Shown piece after piece: positions 12,063 through 23,936 of a DNA stretch of 64,000 nucleotides. Under the pieces are notes generated by a model, which was given only the letters and a program-made list of their open reading frames with translations, had not been told where the DNA came from and did no database searches. Location: positions 84,942,001-85,006,000 of the forward strand of contig OZ076409.1 of NCBI GenBank assembly GCA_964187785.1, written 5' to 3'. The DNA comes from Amphiscolops sp. MND2022. Lineage: Eukaryota. Positions within the stretch are counted from its first letter, which is position 1. Each line of letters opens with the position of its first letter. The translations under genes and the position numbers were made by a program.

Positions 12063-12549
12063 ACAAGACGCCCGCTGAGGAGCGGGATATTTTCCGCCCC
12101 GAACTGTTCTACAACTACATAAATTTGAGGCTCAAGAATAACTAATGCACTATAAAAACGCTGAGAAGTTCGAAGAAAAGAAAGCTTCGATTCATCTTGT
12201 CCATTTTTCTAATTCGCGGTGTCTCAAAAAATGGCAAAAATTGCATAAAAATGTTTAAAAATGAGAAATTTGGGAATTTTTGTCATTTTCGGGGTCATTT
12301 TGTCATTAAGGGGTCATTTTGTCATTAAGGGGTCATTTTTGTCATTTTCGTCATTTTTAAAAAAAAACTTCAAAAATCTCTACAAATACATATCGCACGA
12401 AGCTAAATTTATGTGGGTTGAATTCTATGGGTAACACCCTTAAATTTAAATATAAATAAAATCTTGGCAAATTTTGTAAAAAAAAAAAAAAAAAAACCCG
12501 TTTGATTTAAATATTTTCCTTTCCCATATGAAATATGGGCGGAAAATAA
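12063..12549 (-). mobile_element. Non-autonomous Helentron-type (HINE/DINE-like) element inserted in pol
   Basis: Subterminal inverted repeats TATTTTCCGCCC (12088-12099) and GGGCGGAAAATA (12537-12548). Hairpin CCCGCT-GAGG-AGCGGG (12071-12086). Minus-strand end CTTGTT. A/T-run insertion site with no TSD. Confidence 0.75.
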
Positions 12550-15500
12550 CAACCTCTTCTAAATGAAGACCTCACGGAACATACAATTTGATAAGGAACG
12601 AAACTTATCATATCTCCCAATTTTAACCTCTTTAACATTGAAGAGAAAACGCCATATGTACTACATTCCGATGGACTTCAAAAAACTCACGCTTGATGGT
12701 CTCATTGATACTGGAGCTCTCACAAGTGCAATCTCAGAACAAGATCTCAACAAAATCAAGTTGCTCGCCAATGAGGCAATAAAAGAAACAGGTCCCCCAC
12801 CGAACTTCCAAATTATGGTGGCAAATGGACAACTAGAAGTCCCCATCGGTACGGTACTACTAGAATTTGAAGTGGCTGACTTCATGTTAAAAGAAAACTT
12901 CATCATCATGAAAAATCTATCGAACCCACTAATCGGATTGTGTTTCCTCTGGAGAAATAACGCAATCTTCGATGTCACACAGGGTATCCTAACCTTCCCC
13001 TATCTATCAATGCAACTTAAACCAGACACACAAACATCAATACGGCAAGCAACACCATTATTTGCTGAAAATACCTACACCTTACAACCAGGCGAAACAC
13101 TCGCCATCGCAAGCAGAATGCCCCATTTGATGGATCATAATGCCACCGGCATAGTCACCCCATCGCAACAATATGAAAATCACGATAGCATTTTCATCAC
13201 TGCATCGCTCAGTACTGTCAACAACAATGCTATCGGCTATCAAATCATCAATTTTTCTGAACTACCATACACCATTACAATGGACACCCATCTAGCCGAT
13301 TTCAAGATTTTAACACCAGAACAAATCAAACATATACAACCAGTGGACCCCGCATTGTTATCGTTTATGATTCAACACGAAGAAACAACAGAGGTCCACA
13401 TAAACGAACTTCTTAAAGTACCACAACAAAATCCCGAGCAGGAGACCTACTGGTTCCCTACTCCTGATGAACCAGGCGACCCTGCAACATATACCCCAAT
13501 TAAGCAACGCATCTACCAAGAGCTTCTTGAACTACAAGAACTCGAGAAACTAAACCCAAATGATAACGACACCTCAAGGAAAACGTTTCTTTCAAACTTC
13601 GACTGGTCTGATACAACACTCGGCCCAGACGAACGACAAGAAATTGAGGAAATTCTCATCGAATTTCACGACATCTTTGCAAGACATCGTTTCGATATCG
13701 GAATAAACCGCGAATTCAAAGTGAAATTAACACCGAATGATGACAGACCTGCTTACAGCCAAAGTCTGCCAACTCCTATCAATCTCAAGGATGATATCAC
13801 AGTAGAACTCGCACTTCTACACAAGTACGGTATCATTACAACTTTACCTTTTTCAAAATACGCCAGCCCAATTTTTGCACAGCGCAAACCCAACGGGCGT
13901 CTCAGACTTTTAGTAGACCTCAGAAAGATTAACAACCTCATCACTGAAGATTACACCAATAACAATCACCCGGTAAGCACTTTATCAGATGCAGCACAAC
14001 ATATGGCAGGGAAAAAACTGTTCTGCAAGTTGGATTGCTCACAGGCTTATCACTGCCTCCAGATGGCAGATTACCAATCCATTCAAATGCTGGCTTTTAA
14101 ATTTGCCAGTAGAACATTTGCTTATCGTCGTCTTGCTCAAGGCCTCTCTAGATCACTTTCTGCATTTTCAAGCTTTATGAAAGAGTACCTAGATCGAGCA
14201 ATTAAAGCTGACCAATGTGCCCAATACGTCGATGACATTGGCATAGCTACAAACGACACAAAACAACTGTGCATAAATATCAAAACTGTCTTTGAATGCA
14301 TTCGCAATGCAGGACTAAAACTCTCCATGTCAAAATGTCACTTTGGAGTCAAACAAGTTGACTTCCTTGGGCGTACAATAACACCAGACGGAGTCGCCCC
14401 ACAAGCGGACAATGTCACCGATTTTCTATCAAAACTCCGTTTCCGCAAGTCAAAAAAGGCGTTACAAAGGTATATTGGATTTCTAAATTATTATCGAAAC
14501 TACATACCACGCCTTTCAGAACGGCTTTCTCCGTTCTTCAAACTTCTCAAAGAAACCTCCAAATTCTACGTACCCACAAACTTGGTAGAAGCCTTCACCA
14601 ACCTCAACAAACTTCTGGAAAATTCCTGTCAATTAGCATTAAAACAACCACTGAAAAATAAACAACTTATAGTCATGTCCGACGCAAGTTTCACAGCAGC
14701 AGGATATGCTATCATGATCGAAGACGACCCGAACCAAAAACTTCAGTCTAAACGAAAAACGTAAGCACCCATAGCATTTGGTTCAACAACCTTTAACCCA
14801 ACACAAACTAAAATGTCAATATATGCGAAAGAATTCCTTTCCATATATTTCGCATTTGTAGAGTTTGGACACCTTATGTGGGGAAGTACCTTCCCAGTCA
14901 TAGTCTTCACTGACAATCGATCAGTAACTCGCTTTTTTCAAGCAAAAATGATTCCACCAGCACTCTGGAATGCGTGCGATTACGTCTTACAATATAATTT
15001 TGTAATTGCTCATGTAGCTGGATCAATGAACACAGCAGCCGACTTCTTATCTAGAACAGAAGTTGACCCAACTGAAAAACTAGAAATGACAATCCGCAAT
15101 GACATTCACACCAAAGCTATTGAGGTAAATATCCAATCAACAGGAATTGTAGACGAAGAGCAAATTTACATTCTACCCGCAGATGAAATTGATGAAAATC
15201 AACTTTGGGAAGAGAAACAAAATATTCGAAACGAAGCTCAAACAGAAACACACAATGAACCAGAAACTGACGTCTCTGAACTACAACAATTCCACAAACC
15301 CACATCGGGGTTGATCTCAATATCATCAGGATACTTTAAGGATAATGCAAGAATTCGCCCCGAGCAGAACAATGACATAGTCCTTAGAAATCTGAGAGCA
15401 AAACTTGAAGGAAACCCATTCGATGAAAACGAATTGGCGTCTGATTATAGATACCAACACTACTTACAAAACATAACCCGAATAGAAATAAAACAGGAAG

Positions 15501-17295
15501 TCCTTACACGCAGATACTACACTGACACAGGAACCATATCTCACTACCAAATTCTCTTACCGATCCAACTTCTAGAAGAATTTCTTCAAGCCCTACATGG
15601 CCACAATTCAAATCACCCAGGAATCACCAAGATGATTCAGGAAGCCCGACAAAAATACTATTACCCATGTATGGCTAAATACATCAAAAATGGGTCAGTA
15701 ACTGCCAAGTGTGTATCCAAACAAAACGCATTAACAATGATCTTCTCAGAACTGAACTCCTAAATTGCCCAGAATGGGATCTTGGTCCAGAAGACATTCT
15801 GCAATTGGATATTTTGCCAAACCTCCCCCCAAGTGGAGGCTATGATCATTTTATCACGGCGATTGACGTCTTCTCAAAATATTTGTTTGCTTACCCTGTA
15901 ACTCGCATCAATGCAACAACGGTGTCAAGAGTTATCATGGACATACTATGCAAGCACAGTTACCTTCCTACAACGATAATCACAGGTTTAGGCACTCAAT
16001 TCAATGCGCAAATAACGCACGAAGTTGCAGCAGTGCTAGGAATTGAACTTAAACACGCAACAATGAAACATGCTCAAACGATAGGACTCCTTGCGAGAAC
16101 CCATGCTTCAGTCAAAACACACCTGAAAGCTGCAACAGGCGAATTCAGGAATAACTGGCATAAGTATCTACCGTTGGCAGTCCTAAACCACAATACAACG
16201 TATCATGCATCACTCGGTTGCGAGCCTTCACGAGTTTTCCATGATAGAATACCACATAATATCCTAGACTACAAACTTGGATATAACCCTAACCCACGAT
16301 ACCAACCACAGACTGATGTGGCTGAAGAAATCCAAAAACGTATGAAAATTCTTCTAGATCAAACTAAGAAGAACATCATGCAATCTTATCTCAAATACAA
16401 AGCCTATTATGATAGGAAGGCAAAAGCAGCTCCGCTCGAAACGACGGACTATTGTTACATCCTCAACCCAAAAGCTGATACTCAAGCGACAAAAATACCA
16501 TTCCGAGAATTCAGATGGTGTGGACCATATAAGGTAGAAAAAGTACTCCCTAACAATAATTAGCACTAACAAAACGCAATTACTACACAGGATCCGGCTG
16601 CGGAAATTTATTCCACAAGCCCCATTGGCAGATATTTTTGTTCGTGAAACTGATTGGCAAAAAGATGATCAAACGCCTATAGCAAATGATGATCTATACG
16701 CCCAATCATGGAACACAAATTTTGGAACGAACCCGTTTGAAGACGGGCCGTCAGAGTTTTCTCAGGACACTGACGATGCTGAATATGCTCCGATTCAAAT
16801 ACCCGAAAATAACCACCCGCCCTCCCCTGAATCTTCAAAAAATGGTGGGGGGAGCCCAGTGGAACAGACCACAGAACCGAATCAAAATTACGACAATCAT
16901 GAAAATGAAATTCCACAACACATTAGTGATGATGATGAAAATACCCAAAAAACCCAAAAAGAACCAAATAATTCATCAGTTGATGACACACAAAAAATAC
17001 CAGAAAACCCTGAAAACACCCCATTGCAAGAAAAACCCATAAATACACGTGGTGAAAAATACAACTTACGCCCCAATCCCAACCCAAACTACTCTGACTC
17101 ATACAGATATTAGAACAAAACACAGACAAACATCTTCTTTTTCCTCCCTTTTTCTTCTAATAAATACCAGGGAGTGTGCCTGTTTTTATCAGTAATGACT
17201 AGTCTGTCATAAGATAAATACGTAACAAAAACAGATATCAAACAAAACAAAGAATGGAAAGAAAACAGTAACCAATTATACACTACAATCTACAT

Positions 17296-19938
17296 TTAGT
17301 TTTTCTTGCTTTTCGCAAACTTGGAGTTGGATTTCTTGCCGGTATCTTCAACTGAGGAACTGGAACAGCGATTAAGCGATACACTAATCCTGCTCAGACT
17401 AGGATCAGGTGAAGGAGAACTGTTCACACTCCCAGCCCTGCTGACACTGGGTTGTTGTGGTCGACGAAACAATTGGCCTATCATGATGCAAAACAGCCTT
17501 GCGATGTTCTTCGGGTAGCACTCCCCCTCATGAAATTCCAGATGGAGAATTTTCTATCTGCCAATAAATCGGCTCCACGACCCAGGAGGCGGAAAACCCG
17601 ACTCAGTGATTTGGGATCCCGATACAGGCTGGAAACATGAGGAATAGTGCTGTACGACATATGAAGACTTTTAATGCAAGACTGAAAGTTTTCCTCACCA
17701 GACTCTAAATCGGCCATTGGAACAATAAATTCTGGAGGCATTACAACACGTGGAGGCAAACATAAACAGGAATACTTGAACAATTGAAACAGTTCGGGTC
17801 TACATTGAAGCACATAGTGAGAAGTCAGAAATGTAATCCAATCATCATACTCTGGGGAGTCTCCGGATCGCAATTTAACTGCTAATGATCGGTACTGACT
17901 AACAACCTTTACTTTAACACTTGAAGTAATCAAGTTAACAGAGACGAAATGGCTTGTCAGTTTTTCAATAGCGTCCGTGTAGTTGGCTTCCGGTCCAACA
18001 AGGATAACTGCAGGATCAAATGCTGACAGTCCTCTAATGAGTCTAGATTTGATGTTCCCATGTTCCAATAATTGTCTGCAAAACGATTTAACAAAGCAAA
18101 TGGACTGTTCAACAAATTTGCTGGGACGTGGCAATTTACTCGCAGTAACTAATTTGTGAAAATCTTCGTTGAGCACGTACTCGTCTGGGGTTCTGTATGG
18201 CAAGTCTGCTTGATCTAAATCAAGCTGCAAAAAATTGTCCCAATCTGATATATTCCCCAGCGAGGAAACCGGTAAAATACTCTGAAGCTGGGAGTAAATA
18301 AAAATGGTAAACTTACTGAAGGCACGAAATCCACAATCCACACTTTTCTGAACTTCAGAGAACGCTGAGTTGTCTAAAACAACAAATAAGTTAAGTATAC
18401 AATAGTCCTGCATTTTCACAAAACGAAAAGAACAAGAGTTAATTTGAAGAAAGCATCAGCGCCATAAAACACGTGCGGAATTACTACAGTGGAAACCGGC
18501 ATAATAAAGCTGAATAATCAAGGATTATACGTCAATATGCGGAACGAGGTATAGCGACTATACGTCACTATACGGAATCAACTAGATGATTATACGTCAT
18601 TATGCGGAACGAGGTATAGCGACTATACGTCACTATGCGGAATCAGCTAGACGATTATACGTCACTATATGGAACGAGGTGTAGCGACTATACGTCACTA
18701 TGCGGAATCAGCTAGATGATTATACGTCACTATATGGAACGAGGTGTAGCGACTATACGTCACTATGCGGAATCAGCTGGACGATTATACGTCACTATGC
18801 GGAACGAGGTGTAGCGACTATACGTCACTACGCGGAATCAGTTGAATGATTATACACCATTATGCGGAATGAGCTGAATAGCAATACAGAGCAATGCGGA
18901 ACAAAATACAGCAGACTGGCCATGCACAATTATATATACCGTAAAAAGAAAGATATACTAATTGTGCTCCAATGAATTTCGGAGGAATGAAAAACGCGCT
19001 ACAAAATTGGATTTGAATTTTGGGAACGATAATACTTAGAAACCGTTACAACAATAGTTAGTATGGATATAAAAACAACTAACAATGGTCTAGGACACAG
19101 CGGATGACGAAGAGGCGGGCTAGGTAAGCCGTGTCGAGGCGGAAACATTCATCCAAAGTGCTTGGCTAAAACGAAAAGATAACATGAAGATAAGGAAAAT
19201 ACGTATTTTTGGTCTCAAAGGAAACATGGTAAAGGAGAGCAAATAACCTCACGCATATGGAACCGATACGCAGGAAGCCTCGCAACTTGATTGAGGTGGT
19301 CAAGCACGTGATCCCAATTATTGGACAAAGTCTCTATAATTGATGATGCATCCTGAAGAGAATACTCCAAGCGGACTACACCCTAAAAGGAAAAGGAAAT
19401 CATATCTAGGAAACTTAGAAGTCTAATTAAAACGAATATAGTATGATAATTACTTTGTGTAGTAGTGGTAACTTCTTTAACCAATCTCGGTCCAAGCCGT
19501 TCTCAACTTCATTAAGAGAAAGTCTAATATCGTCCGAAAGTCGTGGCGCTCAATGATTTGAGAAGTTGGTAATGCAAGGCGCTTCTCAAACTCTTCCGGC
19601 CCATATGAACTGACAACGGAAGATTGCTGTTTTCCTGGGAGACAGCTTGATAGACATTCACTTAACTTTTCACTGAAGTCAATGAGGGCAACACAAGATG
19701 GAGTTTCCTCGAAGAGACTGATGAATGATGAAACTGTCATCAGAGTTTTCCTTGGCATCAACATTCCACGTGGTCCACTTCCCAAGAAAACGTGCTGTAA
19801 TACGTTCCCCGACCAGAAGTTGAGGATTAGGTACGTTGCTGTTGGGGTATGTTGCAAAGCGAAAGAGTAATGGCCAGATGCAGCGATCGCAGTGACACAA
19901 TATCCAACCAATTCTCGGAACATGTAGACGAAAATTCC
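17296..19938 (-). pseudogene. Antisense spliced accessory gene of Gypsy copy A (exons 19938-19454, 19382-19248, 19165-19084, 18373-17296; upstream exon(s) deleted)
   Basis: GT-AG introns at 19453-19383, 19247-19166 and 19083-18374, with compatible phases (0, 0, 1). Translated exons are homologous to 43096-45430. At least two frameshifts. Confidence 0.85.
18523..18870. repeat. Tandem array, 65-bp unit (33+32 dimer) x ~5.3, core TATACGTCACTATGCGGAA
   Basis: Units start at 18523, 18588, 18653, 18718 and 18783. Lies inside the 710-nt intron of the antisense gene. Confidence 0.95.
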
Positions 19939-20060
19939 CTGTGAGACAAACAAAATGTTCCTTACTCACAGTAAATAAACTTATATTAAAGGGATTTCTA
20001 TGAAGGAAATTCAGTTCAGATAGAAAATGAACACTGTCAATTGAGAAAGAACTACTAACA

Positions 20061-20334
20061 AAAAGTGTATCAATAGTAACAAACCCAAGGTCTGAAAATG
20101 ATGAAATACAAAACGCGCAACCTATGGGATCCAAATGAAACAAGTCTATAGGAGTACACGCATCTAACAATGATAATTCAGAAACTGAAGACGAAGATTT
20201 TCCTCTTAAGGCATCTAAAATGAAGGATCTAAAACATCCTGCGAAACCCCTTTTTCGAAGTGAATCGGACGTAGATATCACTATACACTCAGATGAGGAA
20301 TCTGACGCAGAGGGCCTAAATGAGGATTATCACA
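20061..20334 (+). repeat. Remnant of the 3' LTR of Gypsy copy A
   Basis: Near-identical to 10391-10655, plus 9 bp absent from the 5' LTR. Ends TATCACA followed by TSD GATAG. Confidence 0.93.
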
Positions 20335-21693
20335 GATAGTCAGAGGCCGAGCAGCGAAGTTTTGAACTGTTTGGAACAAATTGTTGGCCTTGTCGAGACA
20401 ACTGGAACTTCTAAATCCTGCAGGATTGCAAGCAAAGTAAATTTTGAAATAAAACCTAGGAAACTAGCGAAACTACCGGTAGTTAATTTCACATGACTAA
20501 CTATCGGTAGTCATGCATTGCAATCGGAAAAAAACTTTAACTCCAAAAAAAGGCATCGTGAAACAGGTACTTCGTCACGGGTGAAAAAAAGTGTTTGGTG
20601 ATCAGCAGCTCATTGGAGCAACAATATCTTCAAATTAAATGAAAGAGTGAGAAATACTCTCTAAGTCAATATCGTATACAGACCTCAATATGGCATGAAA
20701 TGTGGGCCCAAACATCTAAAAGCTCCTGAAAAACGCTTTCTTCACTTTTTGAAAAAATCCTTGGAAAAGTTCAAAACGAAATGGGACTTTTTCTGCACGT
20801 GACCAGTTTTTTGACAATTTCCGAATCAATTGAAATGACAGTTTTTGTCGCTTTTGTTCCAGACCAGATAACACATTTAGCTTGAATAAATGAAGTTATC
20901 TTTGTTCCACGGAAGTTGCACTTTAACAGTAAAGGATCGGCGTTTGGATGACTTACGCAGCCATCTATTTCATTTTTGCTTCTGGGAAAATTTTTTTGTC
21001 CTGCGCGTGGCCCGAACCGGTACATTTTGGTTTTCAATATAAGGGTACCATCCATAGTCAATCTACTCGATGAGTTCAAATTATCAAACTACTTAAAGGG
21101 AGAGCTTGGATAATTTAGACAATTTGAAAACAGCATCACAATAGCAAGAACTCTGCCACTTTGTCTCGTAGTTTGTATGGTTATTCTAAGGAAAGATCCA
21201 ATAAGCGTTGACATGCTGAAAAAGTTACACAATCTTTCGTATTTTCTGAAGGCTTAATGTCAAATATCAGGACGTGTGCCTGACAATGGATGGTAGTACC
21301 TAACCAACTAGACCTTCGTTGTGAGAATATAGTATTTATGCTGTTGGCAGTACCACGCCTACTGACAGGGGGATTTTTCTTGCACTCATAAAATCTGGTT
21401 AAAAAGGAAGTTTTTGGTCAAAAGTAAATCTTTGCCTGGATAACTTTCGAATCATATCCATGAACGTGAATAAAGTTGCTTTCATCTTGAGAGTAAGCTT
21501 TTCAAGAACATTGAACAGTATAACCAAAATATTGCTAAACTTCGATTTTCGAAATTCCCAGCAACACAATTTGGTCATTTTTTTATTCGAAGTACAGTTG
21601 ACAATGGTTTGAGTGAAATATTATTCTGACCAGTATAGTGGCTTTTCTTCGGCTCTTTTTCAACACCAGTAGGGACCAAAATAGAAGTACTAA

Positions 21694-22395
21694 TGTAACG
21701 TCAAGCTAGTAGCTACGTTCTAGAACTGGGACAATGCCCGGATTGCTTCAACAAGAGACCAGTGTCTATAAACAGCCTGGACATTAGTTTTTAGTCCCAA
21801 AAGGTCTCAGTAGGGACTTTTCCAAGACGCCGTGGAGACTCCTCATTTTAGAGCTCCGTGGCGACGTGCCGGCACACTCAAAGTCTGGACAAGTCCCACA
21901 AGCATGTAAAAACGTATCCTAAGGGTTCCTGCGGTCCAACATACTTCCGAGGTCCGAAAACAGAGGTTCAGCTGAAATACATTCTAATTCGGAATATCAG
22001 CTCTAAAACAATCAACATTGGGATCTGCCAGATCCAATATCACCATAAACCTGCAAAAGTAATTAATTGACCAAAATCAATCAATATGATCGCTTTCAGC
22101 ATGTTTATGTCAATTCTGAAGTTTTGGGCATCATCCACGAACAGGTGATATTTGGATTCTGAGGCATTCTATTGTAACATCCCGCAATTCCGTGATTGGA
22201 TGGCACAGTCCCGGGTTTTCAGATGTCTTCAATGTCTTGACATTGTCTCGTTCTCTCCTCTCGTCTGGGGGGGGGGGTGTTTTTTTCTTGCATTTGCTTC
22301 CTTTTCAATTTCAACGACCTGCCAGGTCGGCCATTTTGAATCGCACCCTTTTTGGTTCTTGATCGAATTTTTGGTACTGACTGGTGGACGTTACA
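21694..22395. mobile_element. Solo-LTR-like or non-autonomous element with 9-bp inverted termini
   Basis: TGTAACGTC...GACGTTACA, flanked by TAA/TAA. Homologous along its length to 30839-31554. Confidence 0.85.
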
Positions 22396-23102
22396 TAAGT
22401 TCTACAAAGTCATCAATTTCAGCTCACCCTACTGTAGATGTCTGCGTTATGTTTACAATTCTACGTGATTTTAAAACGCCGGATGAGACAAAGGAGTCAC
22501 TTCCCATTTTTCCTCACTATGCGACGTCATCTTTTTTTCCAATTTCGATTTGATTTTTTTCCAGATTCGTGAGATTTTTTAGAAATATCTGAGACATTGC
22601 TTCCTGAGTCTTTAAAGGTGCACCGACAAACATTGGAAAATTAACATTGATTTCCTCGTTTTTTTTCTACACCGTGAACTAGCTTACTTTAGAATTCTGC
22701 ATGAATTGTTTAATCAGTAAAAAGAATGACAGGTTGTTTCAGAACGATTGTATAAAAGATTAGAAAAATAGGTATGGGACTTGTAGAGACTAACTTTACG
22801 GAGAACAAACGTCCACCGCATTGCTGCCATTTATTCCCCAAAACCTCTCAGGTACGATTGAGAGCACCTTTTTCGTGGTTGTACTGATGGAGAGTCATTA
22901 GAAAACTTCAAGTTAGTTACCAGCATAAAATTTCTCTCTTTAACTTTCGGAATGTTTTTCTAGATGACCAAAACTAAAAAGGAGAAATTACTAATTATTC
23001 TACTGGGAAGGGTAATTTTATACGAATCATCGTATCAGTTTGTCCATTGATTTGTTTTTTTAAGGTGGCTGTTATTTTCAGTACCAGGGTAGTAGGGTCT
23101 CT

Positions 23103-23936
23103 TCAGCTTGTGATTTTACTGATCCTTTCCATAATTTTATCAGCCATAGGGTTCGCGGGAGGTAGAAGGGAAATAGCAATTACATCTCCCATCGTGTAAA
23201 CAGCCGAAAAATATGATGCGCGAATCTCTAGAATATCCCACGACTCAGGATTCCAAGGTTCGAATAAATTAAACATGATAAAACTGAGAAGAACTATGAT
23301 AGATATGGCTAATAACCTGGCTAGGAGAACTTTGTTGAATGTCCTGATAGCGCTATTTTGGATCTGTCTGGACTTAACAATGATGATAACGATGGTGTAA
23401 AAATAGGAAAAAACACTTCCGATAAAAACTAGAGCTTTCACCATCGAACCCCAGAAACTGACTGACGGGGCATAGTTGCACACTGTTGGGTTGATTTCAT
23501 CTTGCTGGTATTGTATGGCAGATGATACAACAAACGAAGGTACCCAGCTACATAGCACGACCATGAACAGATGGGTGTAGGGACTCCTGCAATGGAATTG
23601 CATGTAAAAGGGCGTGTCGTGTATACGAATGAAGCAATCCAATAGTGAAGGAAGATGTGAAAATATAGAGACCATCAGGCACCAAAGTATGACACATTTT
23701 CGGATATCGCAACTCAAGTAGTCATGGATCCAAGGAACTTGAAGCGGTGCCAAAAGTACATTGCAGATAAAGTGAACACCAACTTGGTAATACACGCATG
23801 CGTCACTGCTTCCATATATACCTTGTATGCTATTCTGCGATTCGCTTTTCACGTAGACGCGCCAAATGAAATATAATGAGATAACTGGCCCCACCAAAGC
23901 CCACGCCCTTCCAAACGTCAGAATTGGGTAAATCAT
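23103..23936 (-). CDS. Divergent intronless class-A-like 7TM receptor (putative GPCR/chemoreceptor), 277 aa
   Basis: Intact ATG-to-stop ORF with about seven hydrophobic segments. Cys at the top of TM3, SLLDCFIRI at the DRY position, SWVPS in TM4, ECL2 Cys (TVCNY), TM5 Tyr followed by a basic loop. Confidence 0.75.
   Translation of the reverse strand: MIYPILTFGRAWALVGPVISLYFIWRVYVKSESQNSIQGIYGSSDACVYYQVGVHFICNVLLAPLQVPWIHDYLSCDIRKCVILWCLMVSIFSHLPSLLDCFIRIHDTPFYMQFHCRSPYTHLFMVVLCSWVPSFVVSSAIQYQQDEINPTVCNYAPSVSFWGSMVKALVFIGSVFSYFYTIVIIIVKSRQIQNSAIRTFNKVLLARLLAISIIVLLSFIMFNLFEPWNPESWDILEIRASYFSAVYTMGDVIAISLLPPANPMADKIMERISKITS

Larger units (their letters stand above)
11758..17113 (+). pseudogene. 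Gypsy pol (PR, dUTPase-like insert, RT, RNase H, integrase, acidic tail), degenerate and interrupted by an insertion
   Basis: PR LIDTGA. RT LRLLVDLRKIN, KLDCSQAY, QYVDDI. RH VMSDASF, VFTDN, NTAADFLSR. IN H..HPG..C..C, QLDIL, IDVFSKY, WCGPYKV. Confidence 0.95.
9128..20334 (+). mobile_element. Ty3/Gypsy LTR retrotransposon, copy A (3' end partly deleted)
   Basis: TGTCGCA...TATCACA termini with perfect 5-bp TSD GATAG (9123-9127, 20335-20339). gag followed by PR-RT-RH-IN order. Confidence 0.93.

Noticed and set aside
18523..18870. CRISPR-like repeat-spacer appearance
   Set aside because: The intervening segments are only ~10 nt and alternate between two fixed sequences. There are no unique spacers and no cas genes, and the context is a eukaryotic TE.
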